Source of the DNA: Paramoeba atlantica
Taxonomy: Eukaryota > Protista > Discosea
Assembly: GCA_977017575.1 (NCBI GenBank)
Contig: CDRNVI010000142.1
Coordinates: 12,953-76,952, forward strand
DNA length: 64,000 nucleotides
Direction: 5' to 3'
Positions 25,088 to 38,100 of this stretch are shown here, in pieces. The notes beneath the pieces were generated by a model. It was not told where the DNA came from, did no database searches, and worked only from the letters and a program-made list of their open reading frames with translations. Numbering within the stretch: position 1 is the first letter of the stretch; the number at the start of each line of letters is the position of its first letter. The translations under genes were made by a program, and so were the position numbers.

Positions 25088-27121
25088 TTATGAGGGGGGG
25101 GAAGATGAGGAGGATGAAACATTGCTTGACTCAGGGAATCGAGCACTATCCATCGTCAACACTGTCTCACCCCATTCTATTTGATGCAAATCTCCAAGAA
25201 CCGCAAAACCGTTTGAGGCAGGGATCTCCGAAAAAGGAAAAGTCGCTTTTTCCTTCCCGGGGACACCAGTGGGGACACTCTTATCACGGTCATTTTCCTT
25301 TGTTTTTTCCTCTTCGTCTTTCTCTTCTTCTATCTCCTCTTTCCCTTTCTCCTCTTCCCTACTTTTCTTTTTCTTCTTCTTTGCTGGCTTCTTGGTTACA
25401 GGTAGTGGTTTGGTCCCAGTAGAAGTTGGTTTCTTCTCCTCAACTGTTTCTTCCGACACCACCCTCTTCCTCAGTCTGGATTTCGGCTTTAATTTCAGTT
25501 CCTCAACCACCCTATCAATAATGTGGCCAAGGAAGTCTGCATCAAAACTCGACTCCCATTTAAGCTGTCCTTTTTCCAACTCACTCTTCAACTTCCCAAG
25601 GCTATCTTCAGTCCTCTCCCACTCACACTGGAAATTCGCCCCATCTAATATTTTCCAAGCCCCTTCAGTGTCGTGGATAGTCATCGACCATTTGCTCCCA
25701 GAAATTGGATCGGATGAGAATCGAGGTCTGCTCACGTCTGGGGAAATCTCGTCCTCATCCTCAATTAAAATAACCCCCCTCTCAGCGTCAGTTTCAGCAA
25801 CAATGTCTTCAAGGAAATCCATCATATCTTTTTGAGGGATTGTTGGGGTTTCTGATGTACTGCCCAAGCGAGATGATGTGGCCGGAGTTTGGGAGGCCGA
25901 TTCCTTACGAGGTTTAGTAGTCTTGAGCGAAGATTTGGGTTGATTACTTCTTGAAGGGGCTGACTTTCCCTTGGAGGAACCTTCTCGAAGAGCGGTTTCC
26001 CTCACGTTTGTGCTTTGATCGACCTCCATCGGGGTTGTAGATGAGGGACGAGGGTCAGCAGACTTCATTGAGGGTGGTGCCCTCTGATTGGGATTTGATA
26101 ATATGGGAAATTGGGACAGAGAGAGATTCGTACCTTGGTTCTCTTGATTAGTCGAGGACTCTGTAGGAATAATAAATCTTTTATGAGACTGTTCCCTCAA
26201 TTTCGTGATCGTCACAGGAAGGGAAGGAGATTTCCTCCGAGAGTCTGTCTCATTATTTAACTTTTTGATGATTCCTCCCTCTCCCTCCTTGTCCACAATC
26301 TCCTTCGCACATTTTAAATGCCTTGAGTGTGAAATCTCACACACTTGGCAATTTACTTTCTCGTGAAAGGGACTCATAGGGGTCCACAGAGAGATCCTAC
26401 CTTGGAACTCATTGTTAATAATAAAAGAACCTCTGTGCTTGGCAATAATACGTGTGAGAATAAGAGGGATTACATCATAGAAGATGACAATACAATCGTC
26501 GCTGATCTGAGCCACCTCTCTTAATCCATGGCGAGGAAGAGCAGATTCGCCAATAAACAATCTTTGGATCCACTCTTCCCCTTTGATTAAAAAGGGGACA
26601 CAGAGTTTAAAGCCCCATAAATTCCAATCCTGGTTGTTCTTCCAGACAAAGGGCTTCCCAAAACCGGTTGCGAGGAAGGAACCATTTTCCAGAATGACTT
26701 TCTCCAGGGGTTCGCGCGTTTCTTCGTCGAAGGTGGCCACGTTGAGGTGGCCTTTCATAACACGCAAGAGGAAGTTCCCTCTCAGCTTAGGGACTTTGTT
26801 GAGTGTGGCCATCACTCTCTGATAGTTTGGCATTCCTTCATAGAAACAAAAGGAACCCATTACAAAGATGGGGCGGATTATTGCGTTGTTCTTCACAGGG
26901 TTAACCTCAGTTCCAATATGGGACAAGGTCTTCGGTATTTCTTTCTCGACTCGCGACCACCATCCTTCCTCAGGCGCTCTCTTCGAGGTCGATTTGATTG
27001 GAAATTCTTCAGCATTCCCACTTGGGTTTGCGTTTTTTCTTTCGTTCTTCGAATACAAGGGGGAGTGGGACCCATTCTGGGAGCCCTTAGGGGAAGAGGA
27101 CGTACTCTTTCCACTGGACAT
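25088..27121 (-). CDS. LINE ORF1 (nucleic-acid-binding protein, ~677 aa from ATG 27121)
   Basis: Open frame directly upstream of ORF2, with a variant zinc knuckle CQVCEISHSRHLKC and basic/acidic low-complexity tracts. Confidence 0.9.
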   Translation of the reverse strand: MSSGKSTSSSPKGSQNGSHSPLYSKNERKNANPSGNAEEFPIKSTSKRAPEEGWWSRVEKEIPKTLSHIGTEVNPVKNNAIIRPIFVMGSFCFYEGMPNYQRVMATLNKVPKLRGNFLLRVMKGHLNVATFDEETREPLEKVILENGSFLATGFGKPFVWKNNQDWNLWGFKLCVPFLIKGEEWIQRLFIGESALPRHGLREVAQISDDCIVIFYDVIPLILTRIIAKHRGSFIINNEFQGRISLWTPMSPFHEKVNCQVCEISHSRHLKCAKEIVDKEGEGGIIKKLNNETDSRRKSPSLPVTITKLREQSHKRFIIPTESSTNQENQGTNLSLSQFPILSNPNQRAPPSMKSADPRPSSTTPMEVDQSTNVRETALREGSSKGKSAPSRSNQPKSSLKTTKPRKESASQTPATSSRLGSTSETPTIPQKDMMDFLEDIVAETDAERGVILIEDEDEISPDVSRPRFSSDPISGSKWSMTIHDTEGAWKILDGANFQCEWERTEDSLGKLKSELEKGQLKWESSFDADFLGHIIDRVVEELKLKPKSRLRKRVVSEETVEEKKPTSTGTKPLPVTKKPAKKKKKKSREEEKGKEEIEEEKDEEEKTKENDRDKSVPTGVPGKEKATFPFSEIPASNGFAVLGDLHQIEWGETVLTMDSARFPESSNVSSSSSSPPS

Positions 27122-28639
27122 AACAGATTTCTCTGAAGTGCTCAACTAGGCGGGGTTTCACCAACACGGCGGGTGAAGGAAAGAAAATCAGATTGGGCAA
27201 GGAAAGTCTCCTTGAACCAACCCGATTTTTTTTAACCTGTGTCTTTTGTTCGCCACCCTAAACCCTTGTTCGTCACACTTGTTTTCGTCATGTTTATTTT
27301 TCCTTTCTTGGGTATCATGATGGATGAGGCTTGAGATGTGGTTTCTCTTCATCCTTTTGTTTGTCTTGTCTTTTTTATTTGTTCTTCTTTCTTTGTTCTT
27401 TTGTTCGTTCTTTTCTTTATCTTTTTGTGTCCTCTTTGCTCTTCCTTTTTTCCCTTTTTCCCCTTTCCCTTTCCACCTTATTCTGTATTTCAAATCTCTA
27501 CCTTGTTCTGTTGTCTTCTATTCATTTTGAAGTCTTTCTCACTGCTCTTTCCTGTCGAATCTCCCCTGTCGATTCTCCCCTCTTTTGTTTTTCTCCTGTC
27601 TCCTTTCTTACCTTTTCCTCAAAAATTTGTGTTTTCTTCTCACTTTGATTGTTCTTTCTTATTTGGAGTGTTTTCCTCTTTTGTGCTTTTCCCTCTCTTT
27701 TGTCTTTCGTTGGTGCTCCTTCAACAACAACAACCCTGCCTGCTGTATTTTGATTCATCTTTTTGTTTTTTGTCACATTTGATTTTTTCTGTGTTTTCTC
27801 TCTTTGAATATTTTCTCTTTTGTTCAAAACCCTATTCTTTCTTTCTTTCTTTTGTTGTTCCTTTTATTTGATATAAACCACACCTTCTGCTTTTTTTCAA
27901 TTTGATCTTTGGATTGACTTTCATTTATTGTTTTGTTGTTTATTTTCTGTGGAGATCTCATCAATCCTCTAACATTTTCCCTTTCCCCCCCTCCCCCTCC
28001 CCCCCCCCAAATCTTCGCTTCTCCCCTCTTTCCTTTTCTCTTTCATTGATATCTCCCCATCTTTACTCTAATAACCTTATTCTCTCTCTTCTCTCTTTTT
28101 AAATCTTTTTTTCTTTCAATAGAGTGTAGTTGTGGGGCAGAGGAAGTTTTTCTCCCCAAATTTATCGTCCTTGCAATCTTTTTCTCTCTCTTTTTTTTCA
28201 ATCTCTTTTGCAAGTACTTTTTTCTTTTTTTTTCATTTTCTTTTCTCTTTCTCTCTTTTAAAGAAATAAAATAGAATGATCAATTGCTGCTGCTGCTGTA
28301 TTGTTGTTGTGGTCAGATGTCAACTATCACCTCATCTGCCTCTCCCCGAACAAAAATATCATTGCTTTTTGGAGTCATTTTTGAATGCTGCTAAATCAGG
28401 TTTACTTCTTTTATGGTAATTAGTTGTTGTTGATTAATTATTTATTATTCTTTGTTTGTTCTTTGTGTAAAATTCTTATATATGAAAATTATTAATATTT
28501 TGGGGATGATTATTTATTGTTAATATTTAACATGTTATTTTTCTGTTGTATTATCAATCCATTTTTATTAAGGTTTTGCTTTCATATATTTGTTGCTCTC
28601 GAATAATATAACACCTCTCTTTGTTTTGGTTTGATTCCT

Positions 28640-29080
28640 GGTTGGTTCTTATTTTTTAATTTTTTATTTTTTTTTTGGGAGTCAAAATCCAGACTTTTGA
28701 TCAATTTATTTTTGGGTTCAATTCTTGATTGGTTCATATTTTTTTTTTTAATTTTTTTTGGGGAGTCAAAATCCTTCTGTGACGAGGAATTTGATCAATT
28801 TATTTTTGGGTTCAATTCTTCATTGGTTCATATTTTTTTTTTAATTTTTTTGGGGAGTCAAAATCCTTCTGTGACAAGGAATTTGATCAATTTATTTTTG
28901 GGTTCAATTCTTCATTGGTTCATATTTTTTTTAATTTTTTTTTGAGGAGTCAAAATCCTTCTGTGACGAGGATTTTGATCAATTTATTTTTCGTTCAATT
29001 CTTAATTGGTTCACATTTTTTTTAATTTTTTTTTGAGGAGTCAAAATCCTTCTGTGACGAGACTTTTGATCGATTTATTT
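28640..29080. repeat. ~92-bp tandem repeat, about 5 copies
   Basis: GGAGTCAAAATCCTTCTGTGACGAGG..TTTGATCAATTTATTTTTGGGTTCAATTC recurs near 28678 (shorter copy), 28762, 28854, 28946 and 29037. Confidence 0.95.
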
Positions 29081-29665
29081 TCACACCAGGCTGGCTAAAC
29101 CCGATGCACCTTGAGTCATGAATTTATCAATCATCCAAATCAACCCTGTTTATTTCTTTCAAACCTGCAAAAAAAATCATGTCCATATCAGTTTTTTTGG
29201 TTTTTTTTTTTGATTCACCACTCTTTTTTGTTTTTTTCTTGTGTTTTGAGTTTCAGAAAAGTTGAAAGATGAGAGAGAAACAAGATTTGTTCTTCTTTTT
29301 TTCAAGTTTTTTTTGTAAGCTTTGTTTTTTTGGTTTGGGAGTCTTCTTGTATCTTCTTGTGTTTTTTTCTTTCATTTTTTTATCTTTTCAGGAGAAAACA
29401 AGGTTTTTGTGTTTTTTGAAATTCTGAAAATGAATTTTTTTTTGTGTTTGGCTGGATTCTGGGTATTTTGTTTTTTGGAATTCTGAAAAAGAAAGATTGT
29501 TTTTCGAAATTCTGATTTTCAAAGGTTTGTCCAAAATTGAGTTGGAACTGGTTATTTGCTAAGGTGGAACTTTTTTTTTGAGGCCTTGAATGGAAGTGAT
29601 GGGGTTAGTTTGGATGATTGATAAATTCACAACTCAAGGTGCATAGTTTAGCCAGCCTGGAGTGA
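29081..29665. mobile_element. MITE-like non-autonomous DNA transposon with ~65-bp imperfect TIRs
   Basis: TCACACCAGGCTGGCTAAACCCGATGCACCTTGAGTCATGAATTTATCAATCATCCAAATCAACCC (29081-29146) is the near reverse complement of 29601-29665. The interior is non-coding and T-rich. The TSD is unclear. Confidence 0.8.
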
Positions 29666-30334
29666 TTGGTTTATATTTTTTTTTTTTTTTTTGGAGAGAT
29701 CAAAAATCCTTCATTTTTTTTCTTTTTTTTTTCTCATATTATTTTTTTTTTATTTAAAGGTGAATTATTGAGTGAACTTTATGGATTTCACTTCTCTTCT
29801 TGTTATGTTAAGCTGTTTTGCTTTTTCTTCTATTGTATTAATTGAACCTTGTGTTGGTTACTATTATCAAAAGAAAGAGAAGAATAGATTAAAATCTTTT
29901 CTATTGTATTATCTCCTTTTTTTTTATGTCTTTTGTTGACCTTTTTTTTGTTTGAATTTTTTTCTTCTTTCTTTTTTCTTTCTTTAAATTCTTCTTATTT
30001 CTCTTTCAACTTGTTTTCTATTTTTTTTTTTTTTTTAATTTTTTTCAATTGTTTTTTTTCAAAAAATAATAAATAATTTTTCAAAATAAATTGAATGAAT
30101 TTATTTTTTCAATTTTTTTAAGAAACCATTTTCTTTCTCTTACAACCATTTATTTTAAATAAAAATCTTTTCTTTAAAGAAAAATAAAAAAAAAGAAGAA
30201 ATTTTAAGTTGCAGGAAAACCTAATGTTGCAAAAAAACTTTTAAAAAAAAATATTGATTTAAAGGGAGTAAAGAGCCTAAACCTATAAAATAATAGGTTG
30301 AACTGGGCAAGAGCTATAAACCCTAATAAAATAT

Positions 30335-31830
30335 AAAATACATATATTTATATTTAGTTAACTATATTCTATTAACTTTATAGCTTATTTTACTCTCTTT
30401 CCTTTGAGTTATTATCAATTTCTATCTTTTGTTGATTTTTTTTTAAAAATTCTTAAGTTGATTTAAACAAAAATTGTATTTCTTGAATATCTCAGTGTCA
30501 CCTTTTTCAATTTTATTCAAAATAGCCTCATTTTATTCACAAAACAAAGCTTTATCTTTATCTTATCGTTTCGTTTTTCAATACTCTTATTTTATCTTTC
30601 AATGATAGGTACTTTTCATTTTTCTATGATTTTTACATAGGCTTTATTATTGAATACTCTATCATTCTTAGTCATACCAACTCAAATTTTGATATAATAA
30701 AAAATACATATATCTACATTTAGTTGACTATATTCTATCAGCTTTATAGCTTATTTTACTATCTTTCTTCTGAGTTATTGATCATCTTCATATTTTGTTG
30801 ATTTTTTTTGAAAATTTTCTAAGTCCATTTAAACAAAAATTGTATTTCTTGAATATTTCAGTGTCACCTTCTTCAATTTTATTCAAAATAGCCTCATTTT
30901 ATTCACAAAACAAAGCTTTATCTTTCTCATCTAGTTTCGTTTTCAATAATCTTATTTTATCTTTCAATAATAGGTGCTTTTCTTTTTTCTATAATTTTTA
31001 TATAAGCTTTATTATTGAATACTCTATCATTGTCAGTCATACCAACTCAGATTTTGATGTGACAAAAAATACATATATCTACATTTAGTTGACTATATTC
31101 TATCAACTTTATAGCTTATTTCAATATCTTTCCTCTGAGTTATTGATCATCTTCATATTTTGTTGATTTTTTTCAAAAATTTTCTAAGTCCTTTTAAACA
31201 AAAATTGTATTACTTGAATATCTCAGTGTTAAGTTTTTCAATTTTATTCAAAATAGCCTTATTTTATTTACAAAACTAAGTTTTATCTTTATTTTATAGT
31301 TTCTTTTTTCAATAATCTCATTTTATCTTTCAATGATAGTGCTTTTCATTTTTCTATGATTTTTACATAGGCTTTATCATTGAATACTCTATCATTCTCA
31401 GTCATACCAACTCAGATTTTGATGAGATAAAAAATACACATATTTATATTTAGTCAACTATATTCTATCAACTTTATAGCTTATTTTACTATCTTTCCTC
31501 TGAGTTATTATCAATCTCCATATTTTGTTGATTTTTTTCAAAAATTTTCTAAGTCCATTCAAACAAAAATTGTATTTCTTGAATATCTCAATGTCACCTT
31601 CTTCAATTTTATTCAAAATAGCCTCATTTTATTCACAAAACAAAGCTTTATCTTTTATTATTATGTTTTATTCTTCAAAAATATCATTTTACCTCTCAAT
31701 GATAGGGATTTTTTATTATTTATTATTTTTTTTCAATACTCTATCATTGAAAAAATTGTCGATTTCAGTCAAATGACCTTAGATTTTGATGGAATAAAAA
31801 ATACATATATCTACAATATATAAACTATTT
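30335..31830. repeat. ~365-bp AT-rich tandem satellite, 4 copies plus a partial
   Basis: AAAATACATATAT.TA.ATTTAGTT.ACTATATTCTAT starts near 30335, 30701, 31066, 31431 and 31797. Confidence 0.95.
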
Positions 31831-32689
31831 AAAATCAAAATATCAACTTATTTCACTAACAATCCTCTGAGATATTCTTCATTTTCAAAGAATATTAAAA
31901 AAAAAATTCATTTTTCTATCATGTTTCTCAGAGGGAGAGACTTCAATTTCAATGAAACAAAAAAAATATGAATCTTTACAAATAAAAAAAACTCAAACAA
32001 AGAGTAAAAGAATGATTTCTTGAACAAGAAGGAAAGAAAAAAAAAAGAAAAAAAAAGAACTTTTGAGAGAATTGAACTCACAACTTTCATCAAAAAGAAA
32101 GTTTTTACCACTAAGCCATCAGGCTATTTGTTAAATACTTAGAAAAAACAATATTTTTATATTACAAAGTTGAAAAATTCAACAACCCTCTATATCTCAG
32201 TGATGTGATGTCTGTTCAAAATGAAAATCATATGTGCTGATTCCCCTTTTGTATTTTATCCATCCTATCAAATTTTCAATAAAATTGGAGAGACAAAATT
32301 TCACTCCAAAAAATCAAAAAAATTTTCACTAAGTCAAAAAATATACCCATTTACCCTACTTGTTGATCATTTATCTCTATCAAATGAAGGAATTGAAAAA
32401 AAATTTATATGACCCAATTCAAAAACATGTTGGCCTCTCTTCAAATTTTAATTTTTTCTTCCTGAATCCATCCTCATAGAAAGATAGAGTACTTTCAAAT
32501 ATGTAAATTTCCTTATTTAGTCAATTTTTTCGCATCAATTAAAAAGCTCCAAATGATGAAAAATGAATGATAGAAAATAAATCCTATTCAATAAAGGTTT
32601 TTTTAAACATATTATCAACTTTAAATCAATTTTTTGATTTCTGACATGATTTTATTAACACATTACAAAAAGTAGTTTCTCAAAAGTAT

Positions 32690-33230
32690 GCTTACATAAA
32701 AGATCTATAAAAATCTCTCAATATCAAAAAATGAAAAATGAAAGTAATAGAGTAGTGTAAAAACATCAAATGAATCTTAAAATAAAGAAAATCAATTTGA
32801 GATTTATCTATTTTGTTTTTATGTAGGGAGCAATAATATTATTTGTTATAATAGGGAAACAGAGCCAAAAGTTCCAAAAGTATGTTTACAAAAGGATGCT
32901 ATAAAAATCTCTCAATATTAAAAAATGAAAAATAAAAGTAATAAAGTAGTGTAAAAACATGAAATTAATCTATGTTTAAAGAAAACTTTGAAAAATTTTA
33001 TATATTTCCCTATTATGTAGGGACCAATTCATTGATGTTTTTTTATATGTAAAATACATAGAAAAAATACTCATATGTTTGGACTCTATAAAAATCTCTC
33101 AAAATTAAAAAATGCAAAATGAAAGTAATAAAGTAGTGTAAAAACATGAAATTAATCTATGTTTAAGGAAAACCATGAAAAATTTTATATATGACCTGAT
33201 AATGTAGGGAGGAGACTAAAATTATATGTT
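32690..33230. repeat. ~190-bp AT-rich tandem repeat, 3 copies
   Basis: CTATAAAAATCTCTCAA..AAAAATG..AAAT.AAAGTAATA.AGTAGTGTAAAAACAT at 32705, 32899 and 33086. Confidence 0.9.
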
Positions 33231-33599
33231 TGTATGTAAAAATCATATAAATGTTTTCTCAATTATTTTTGTTCTATGAGACAAAATCAAAAATCTGGCT
33301 GATCCAAGTTTTAGAAAATAGTTTTTTTTATTATGTTATCAAAAAAAATGAGTCCCAACTCACTTGTTTCCTCAATATGTAGGGTGCCACTTTAAAGTCC
33401 TATCATTATATGTGAATTTCATACATAAGACCTCTTCGTAAACTGCCTATAACTTTTTGTGACATATTCAGATTTTAAAAAAAAATATGCCATTAGGAAG
33501 ACAAAAATGAGGCGCATCTTTCTACCAGTCTTCATTTTCCGAATTGTGAAAAAAAGTGGTTCAAAACAAAGTAATTAGACCCTAAACCCTAATAAATGA

Positions 33600-34610
33600 T
33601 AACTTTATTCTACTGTAAGCTGTGCTCTGAGAGAATGAAGCTGGTCCAATTTCTCATGTGTGGATAACAGCCTACCCAAATTCTGAGGGAGAAGATACTC
33701 ACTACAATAGACCAGATTTTTTAGATGTTGAGGAGTATTGTTTTGCTTATTGGTGCTGCTTTGACATCACAGATCCTACCCTCTTGTCTCTCTCAAGTCA
33801 AGGCACTGTCACTTGCAAGGCTTGCTCCAAACTTGTGCCAAGTTCCTTCCACCTCTCTGACTGTGTGAAATATAACTAAGGTATGAATAATAGGCATCAT
33901 TATTTTATGAAACAGCTTCTCCAAATCTCCAAATTTACACAATTTGATGTGGTTCCAGATAGCTATTTCCCTTCCATTGGTCATTGCAACAAGAAGCCAA
34001 ACTTAACTTTCAAACATTGGTAAGGTGGGAAACACTTGTATCTGGATGCTACAGTCACTTCAGCCCAAGGCAGGAATGTAATATTTAGGTTTCAAGGTAT
34101 GGCAACAGGCACATCAAATATGTATAACCTCAGGAATTTACTTGCAATTCCACATATGGTGAGAATCTGAAAGCTGAATGAATATCTACCAGAACACCTA
34201 CACAGCAAAATGCTGAATGCAAGAAGAGATAACAACACCCCTGAAGAAGTAAGAACCTTTAAAGAAATTAAATTGTTCAACTCTTTAAGTGTGGAAGTTC
34301 TCTTTTTTTTTATGTTAACTTCATCAAGCAGTGCAGTTTCACCAGATGTAACAAGCTTCCTGAAGTGCATTACCTCTGAGGTTTTGCAAAAAAGTATAAT
34401 ATTAGATTAAGATCTCTATTGAGCCTTCTTGCAATATACACAGCAATGACTTTCTGTTGCACTCATTAGCAGCATGGTGAGAAATATGAGATTTATTCAG
34501 CAAGGTCTTCACATCTCTTCTTTTTCTCCTTCTTTGAACAATCTGCCATAGCAAACTTTGTACTCTAAGGAGCAAAGTCTTTAAGTGCTCCTCTTTAAAG
34601 ACATTCAAAA
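33600..34610 (-). pseudogene. Heavily decayed coding remnant of unknown family
   Basis: Higher-complexity segment with protein-like minus frames (34402-34608, 33793-33984) joined through many stops. There is only a faint resemblance to the MULE CxFH motif (VVISSCIQHF). Confidence 0.3.
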
Positions 34611-34658
34611 TGTTTTATCTTTCTTTTTCTCCTTTGTTTACAATTAAAATAAATTAGA

Positions 34659-34700
<42 letters not shown>

Positions 34701-34785
34701 AAAATTAAAATTTTTTTTTTTTAATTTGCTTCAAAAAACAAGTTTAAACAAATAAACAAAAAAAACTACAGCCTAAACCCTGAGT

Positions 34786-35092
34786 AGTTGAGTCTTCTAC
34801 GGAATAGTATGGAGATAGAGACAAGAACAGAGAACAAGAACAAAGAACAAAGAAAGAACAAGCTTGGTTCAATGTCTTTTATCAAATGCCTTCCAAAAGC
34901 CAAAAAGAACAAAAGAAAGTTTACACTCTTTTGCCCACAAATGGGTCCAAAGAACAAAACCTCTTTTGTACAAAAAAGGGCAACAAATAATTTACAATTA
35001 TTCACAATCGGAAAACACACACAAAACAGTTCAGTGTTTCTGCTCACCAACAAAACGACAAAGTCAACAAAACCAACTATGACAACCCAACA
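34786..35092 (-). repeat. 3' LTR of the chromovirus (307 bp)
   Basis: Aligns without gaps to 40484-40790 with 10 substitutions; termini 5'-TGTTG..CAACT-3'. Confidence 0.95.
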
Positions 35093-35199
35093 CCCCCCAC
35101 AAGTGCACTTGCTCGCAATTCACGATACACAATAAAAACAAAACAAAACAAAAAGAACAAAACAACCAACACAACAAGCATCACAACAGAAATAGTTCC

Positions 35200-38100
35200 T
35201 TATTTCTTCTTTACATGCCGTGTCGATTTTCTCTGCTTTGCATTGTATTCTTGAATCACATTATTTGCCAAAAAATCACTCGCAAGTTGCCAAGATGTCT
35301 CATCATAATATTTCCATTTGACAAGGTACTCCTTCTCGCCATCTTTGCCCCGATCATCCAAAATTTTCTCAAATTCATAGATATCAAATAAATTCGTTTC
35401 TCCTGGAATCACTTTCAATCGTGCAATAGAAACTTCTGCTTCAAGAACTTTCCCATCAATACATTCCAGCAAATAACCTTTCGTCTCATTGTTATATTTA
35501 GCAATATGAAAAGGGTCTTCCCAGTGTTGCTGCCATTTTGTAGTTCTTTTATCCACTTCTTTCATAACTGAAGTGCCAATTGCCAGAGGTTTAGGTTACA
35601 AAGATCTTTTTTTCTGTCTCATTTCATTCACATCATCACAGCCTTTCTTACCCGCTTCTTTGGATAATTTTGCAAACACTGGATAAACGGAATAGACCAT
35701 CTTCCGATTTCTCTCTAACAATTTTTCAGGAGTTGCAACTTCCAATTCCAACCCCTCATAATTTGCTGCTTGGTTCTTCTCTCTCGCAAACATCACTGCA
35801 AAGGGAGTAGACTTATGTTTCAAGATATAGCGATCATTCAATGACATTTGAACAACTGGCAAAAATTTCACCCAATTTGTCATATCTCCTTCCAACAATT
35901 TTACAACCAAACCCGAAACTTTTCTCACGTATCTCTCAACTGCACCATTTTGAGCAGGGTAATATCTCATCACCTTTCTCGATTTTGCAGTCAAAGCATT
36001 ACAAAAAGCCTCTATAACTTTGTTGAAAAACAATGGGTCTTGATTACTTTGAATCTCCTTTGGGACACCAAAATTCGCAAAAACAGATAGCAAAGCTTCC
36101 GCAACTGACTCCGCTTCCTTGGAGATTAATTTACACAGTATCACGAAATGACTTGCAATATCTATTACAATAAGGACAATTGTATAGCCCTCATTTGACT
36201 CAGGCAACCCACAAATAAAATCCATACCAATTATATCCATAGGCAGCACTGAAGTAACTGGGGTAATCGGATGAAATCCAATTCTCCCATGATTGTATTT
36301 CAAACACACCACACAACCTCGACAGATTGTAATTACCATCCTTCTCATTGATGGCCAGTAGTAGCCTGCATGAAATAGTTTCCAAACTGTTCTTGAAACA
36401 CCAGCATGACTTTCCTCATGCTTTTCTTTCACCAAAGGCAGTTTCTCTTCTTCCTCTGGTTCTTTCTTACCAAGTACATTCCCAATAAACTCTTCGAGAT
36501 ATCTCTTAGTTTCTTCAACAGGTTCATCCTCACACTCAAGCGCAGCAACATCGCAAGCATCAATTGCTGGTTCAGTAGAATCGTCTGTAACTGGGTATTT
36601 TTTTTGATACAATCAAGAGAGATAATCTGGTAAAACATTATGGATCCCTTTTTGGTAAACAATGTAGAAGTTGTAATCCAACAGAAAATCCAACCAGTCC
36701 AAAATCATAAACTTTATACTTGAATTCAAATACACAAGCACCTTATGATCTGTCTCCACTCTAAACTTCCGCCCAAAAACATATGAACAGAACTTCCTAA
36801 TTGCAAAAATAATTGCCAAAAGTTCCCTCTTCGGTGCAGGATAATTTCATTGCCCCACTTGAAGAGTTTTCGATGCAAATACAATATAACATTTCTTGTC
36901 ATTTGCATCAACTTGGTACAATACTGCACCAACTGCATATTGTGAAGCATCAGTTGCAATATGAAATTCTCGATCCCAATCTGGCTGAGACAACACCGGA
37001 GCATTTGAGATAACCTCTTTGAAAAAAACAAAAGACTTGTCTTGCTCCTCGCCCCACGCCTTACCAAGATGCCTCATCTTTCGCAACTTGTCCAACGGAG
37101 CCACAATAGTTGCATAATTTGGGACAAAATCCCTCAAAAAATTCAGAAAACCAAGAAGACTTTCAACTTGCTTTCCAGTCTGAGGTTTCACCATCTTCTG
37201 AGCCATTTCTTTCTTGAATGAATCGATCTCTCGAGTAAAACCATCAATCAAATGACCCATGAATTGAATCCTCTTCATATAAAATTTTGATTTCTTCATC
37301 TTAATCCGAAATCCTGCTCTCATCAACTTTCAGATGACTCTGTGAGCTTCATTAGAATGATTTTCCAGCTCTTTAGAAAAAACTAGAAAATTATCCAAAT
37401 AACTTGCAGCTTCATCTGAAACACCAATAACTCATTCTTTTTGGACTTGAAAATGTGTAACCACACCTTTCGGCCCAAATGGCATCCTCACATACACATA
37501 CTGACTCTTATCAGGTGCCAGAAAACCCAACAATGGCTGACTCTTTTCTGACACCACAATATGATGATAAGCCTCCGTGAGATCGATTTCAGTAAAATAT
37601 TTCGCACCCCAAACACGTTCAAACAATTCCACAGGAGATGGCAAAATATTACTTGGATCCTTTGTTAAAGCATTTACTGCTCTCAAATCCAAACAAACTC
37701 TGATATCATCAGGATCCACCCGACCACCAGACTTCTTAAAGACTGCTAAAAGAGGGGAATTCCACAAGTTCTTCTCGTCCTTGTCCCACTTCTTAACGAA
37801 TCCTTTTTTCACCCACTCGTTCACTCGCTCCATAACCTTTCCTTTCAATTTCTCAGGGATTGGATACTGTGGCACAAACTTCAGAGTGTCTTCTTTCAAA
37901 GAAATTTTAAACTCAGAACCTGGGAGTACACAATGAGAATTTTCCTGCAGTCTCTGGTTTTCCTTCAAAGCATCATCAATACTCTGAATAAACAACTTGA
38001 CTGACTCATCATCCCATTGCTCCTCTTGACTCTGATCCTCATCATCATCCAACCACTGCCAATCATCGACTTGGACTTGACGAGCAATACTTGAGAAGAC

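Larger units (their letters stand above)
20644..27237 (-). mobile_element. Full-length, apparently intact L1-clade non-LTR retrotransposon (6594 bp)
   Basis: Two open ORFs separated by 8 nt. A10 tail at 20644-20653 preceded by AATAAA. 16-bp TSD TGTGTCTTTTGTTCGC at 20628-20643 and 27238-27253. Confidence 0.97.
18900..28290. repeat. ~1.4-kb CT-rich tandem unit in two copies; the second copy is split by the LINE
   Basis: 18900-19240 is repeated at 20315-20643, and 19225-20230 is repeated at 27238-28270. Confidence 0.9.

Noticed and set aside
21376-27149. Plus-strand ORFs overlapping the LINE, and similar ORFs antisense to the chromovirus pol
   Set aside because: They are antisense shadows of long coding frames with no independent motifs.
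28640-29080. Possible CRISPR array
   Set aside because: The whole 92-bp unit repeats with no unique spacers, no cas genes are present, and the context is eukaryotic.
34659-34727. Long poly-A/poly-T quasi-palindrome as a retro-insertion tail or structured RNA
   Set aside because: No TSD or associated body was found, and such runs are common in this genome.
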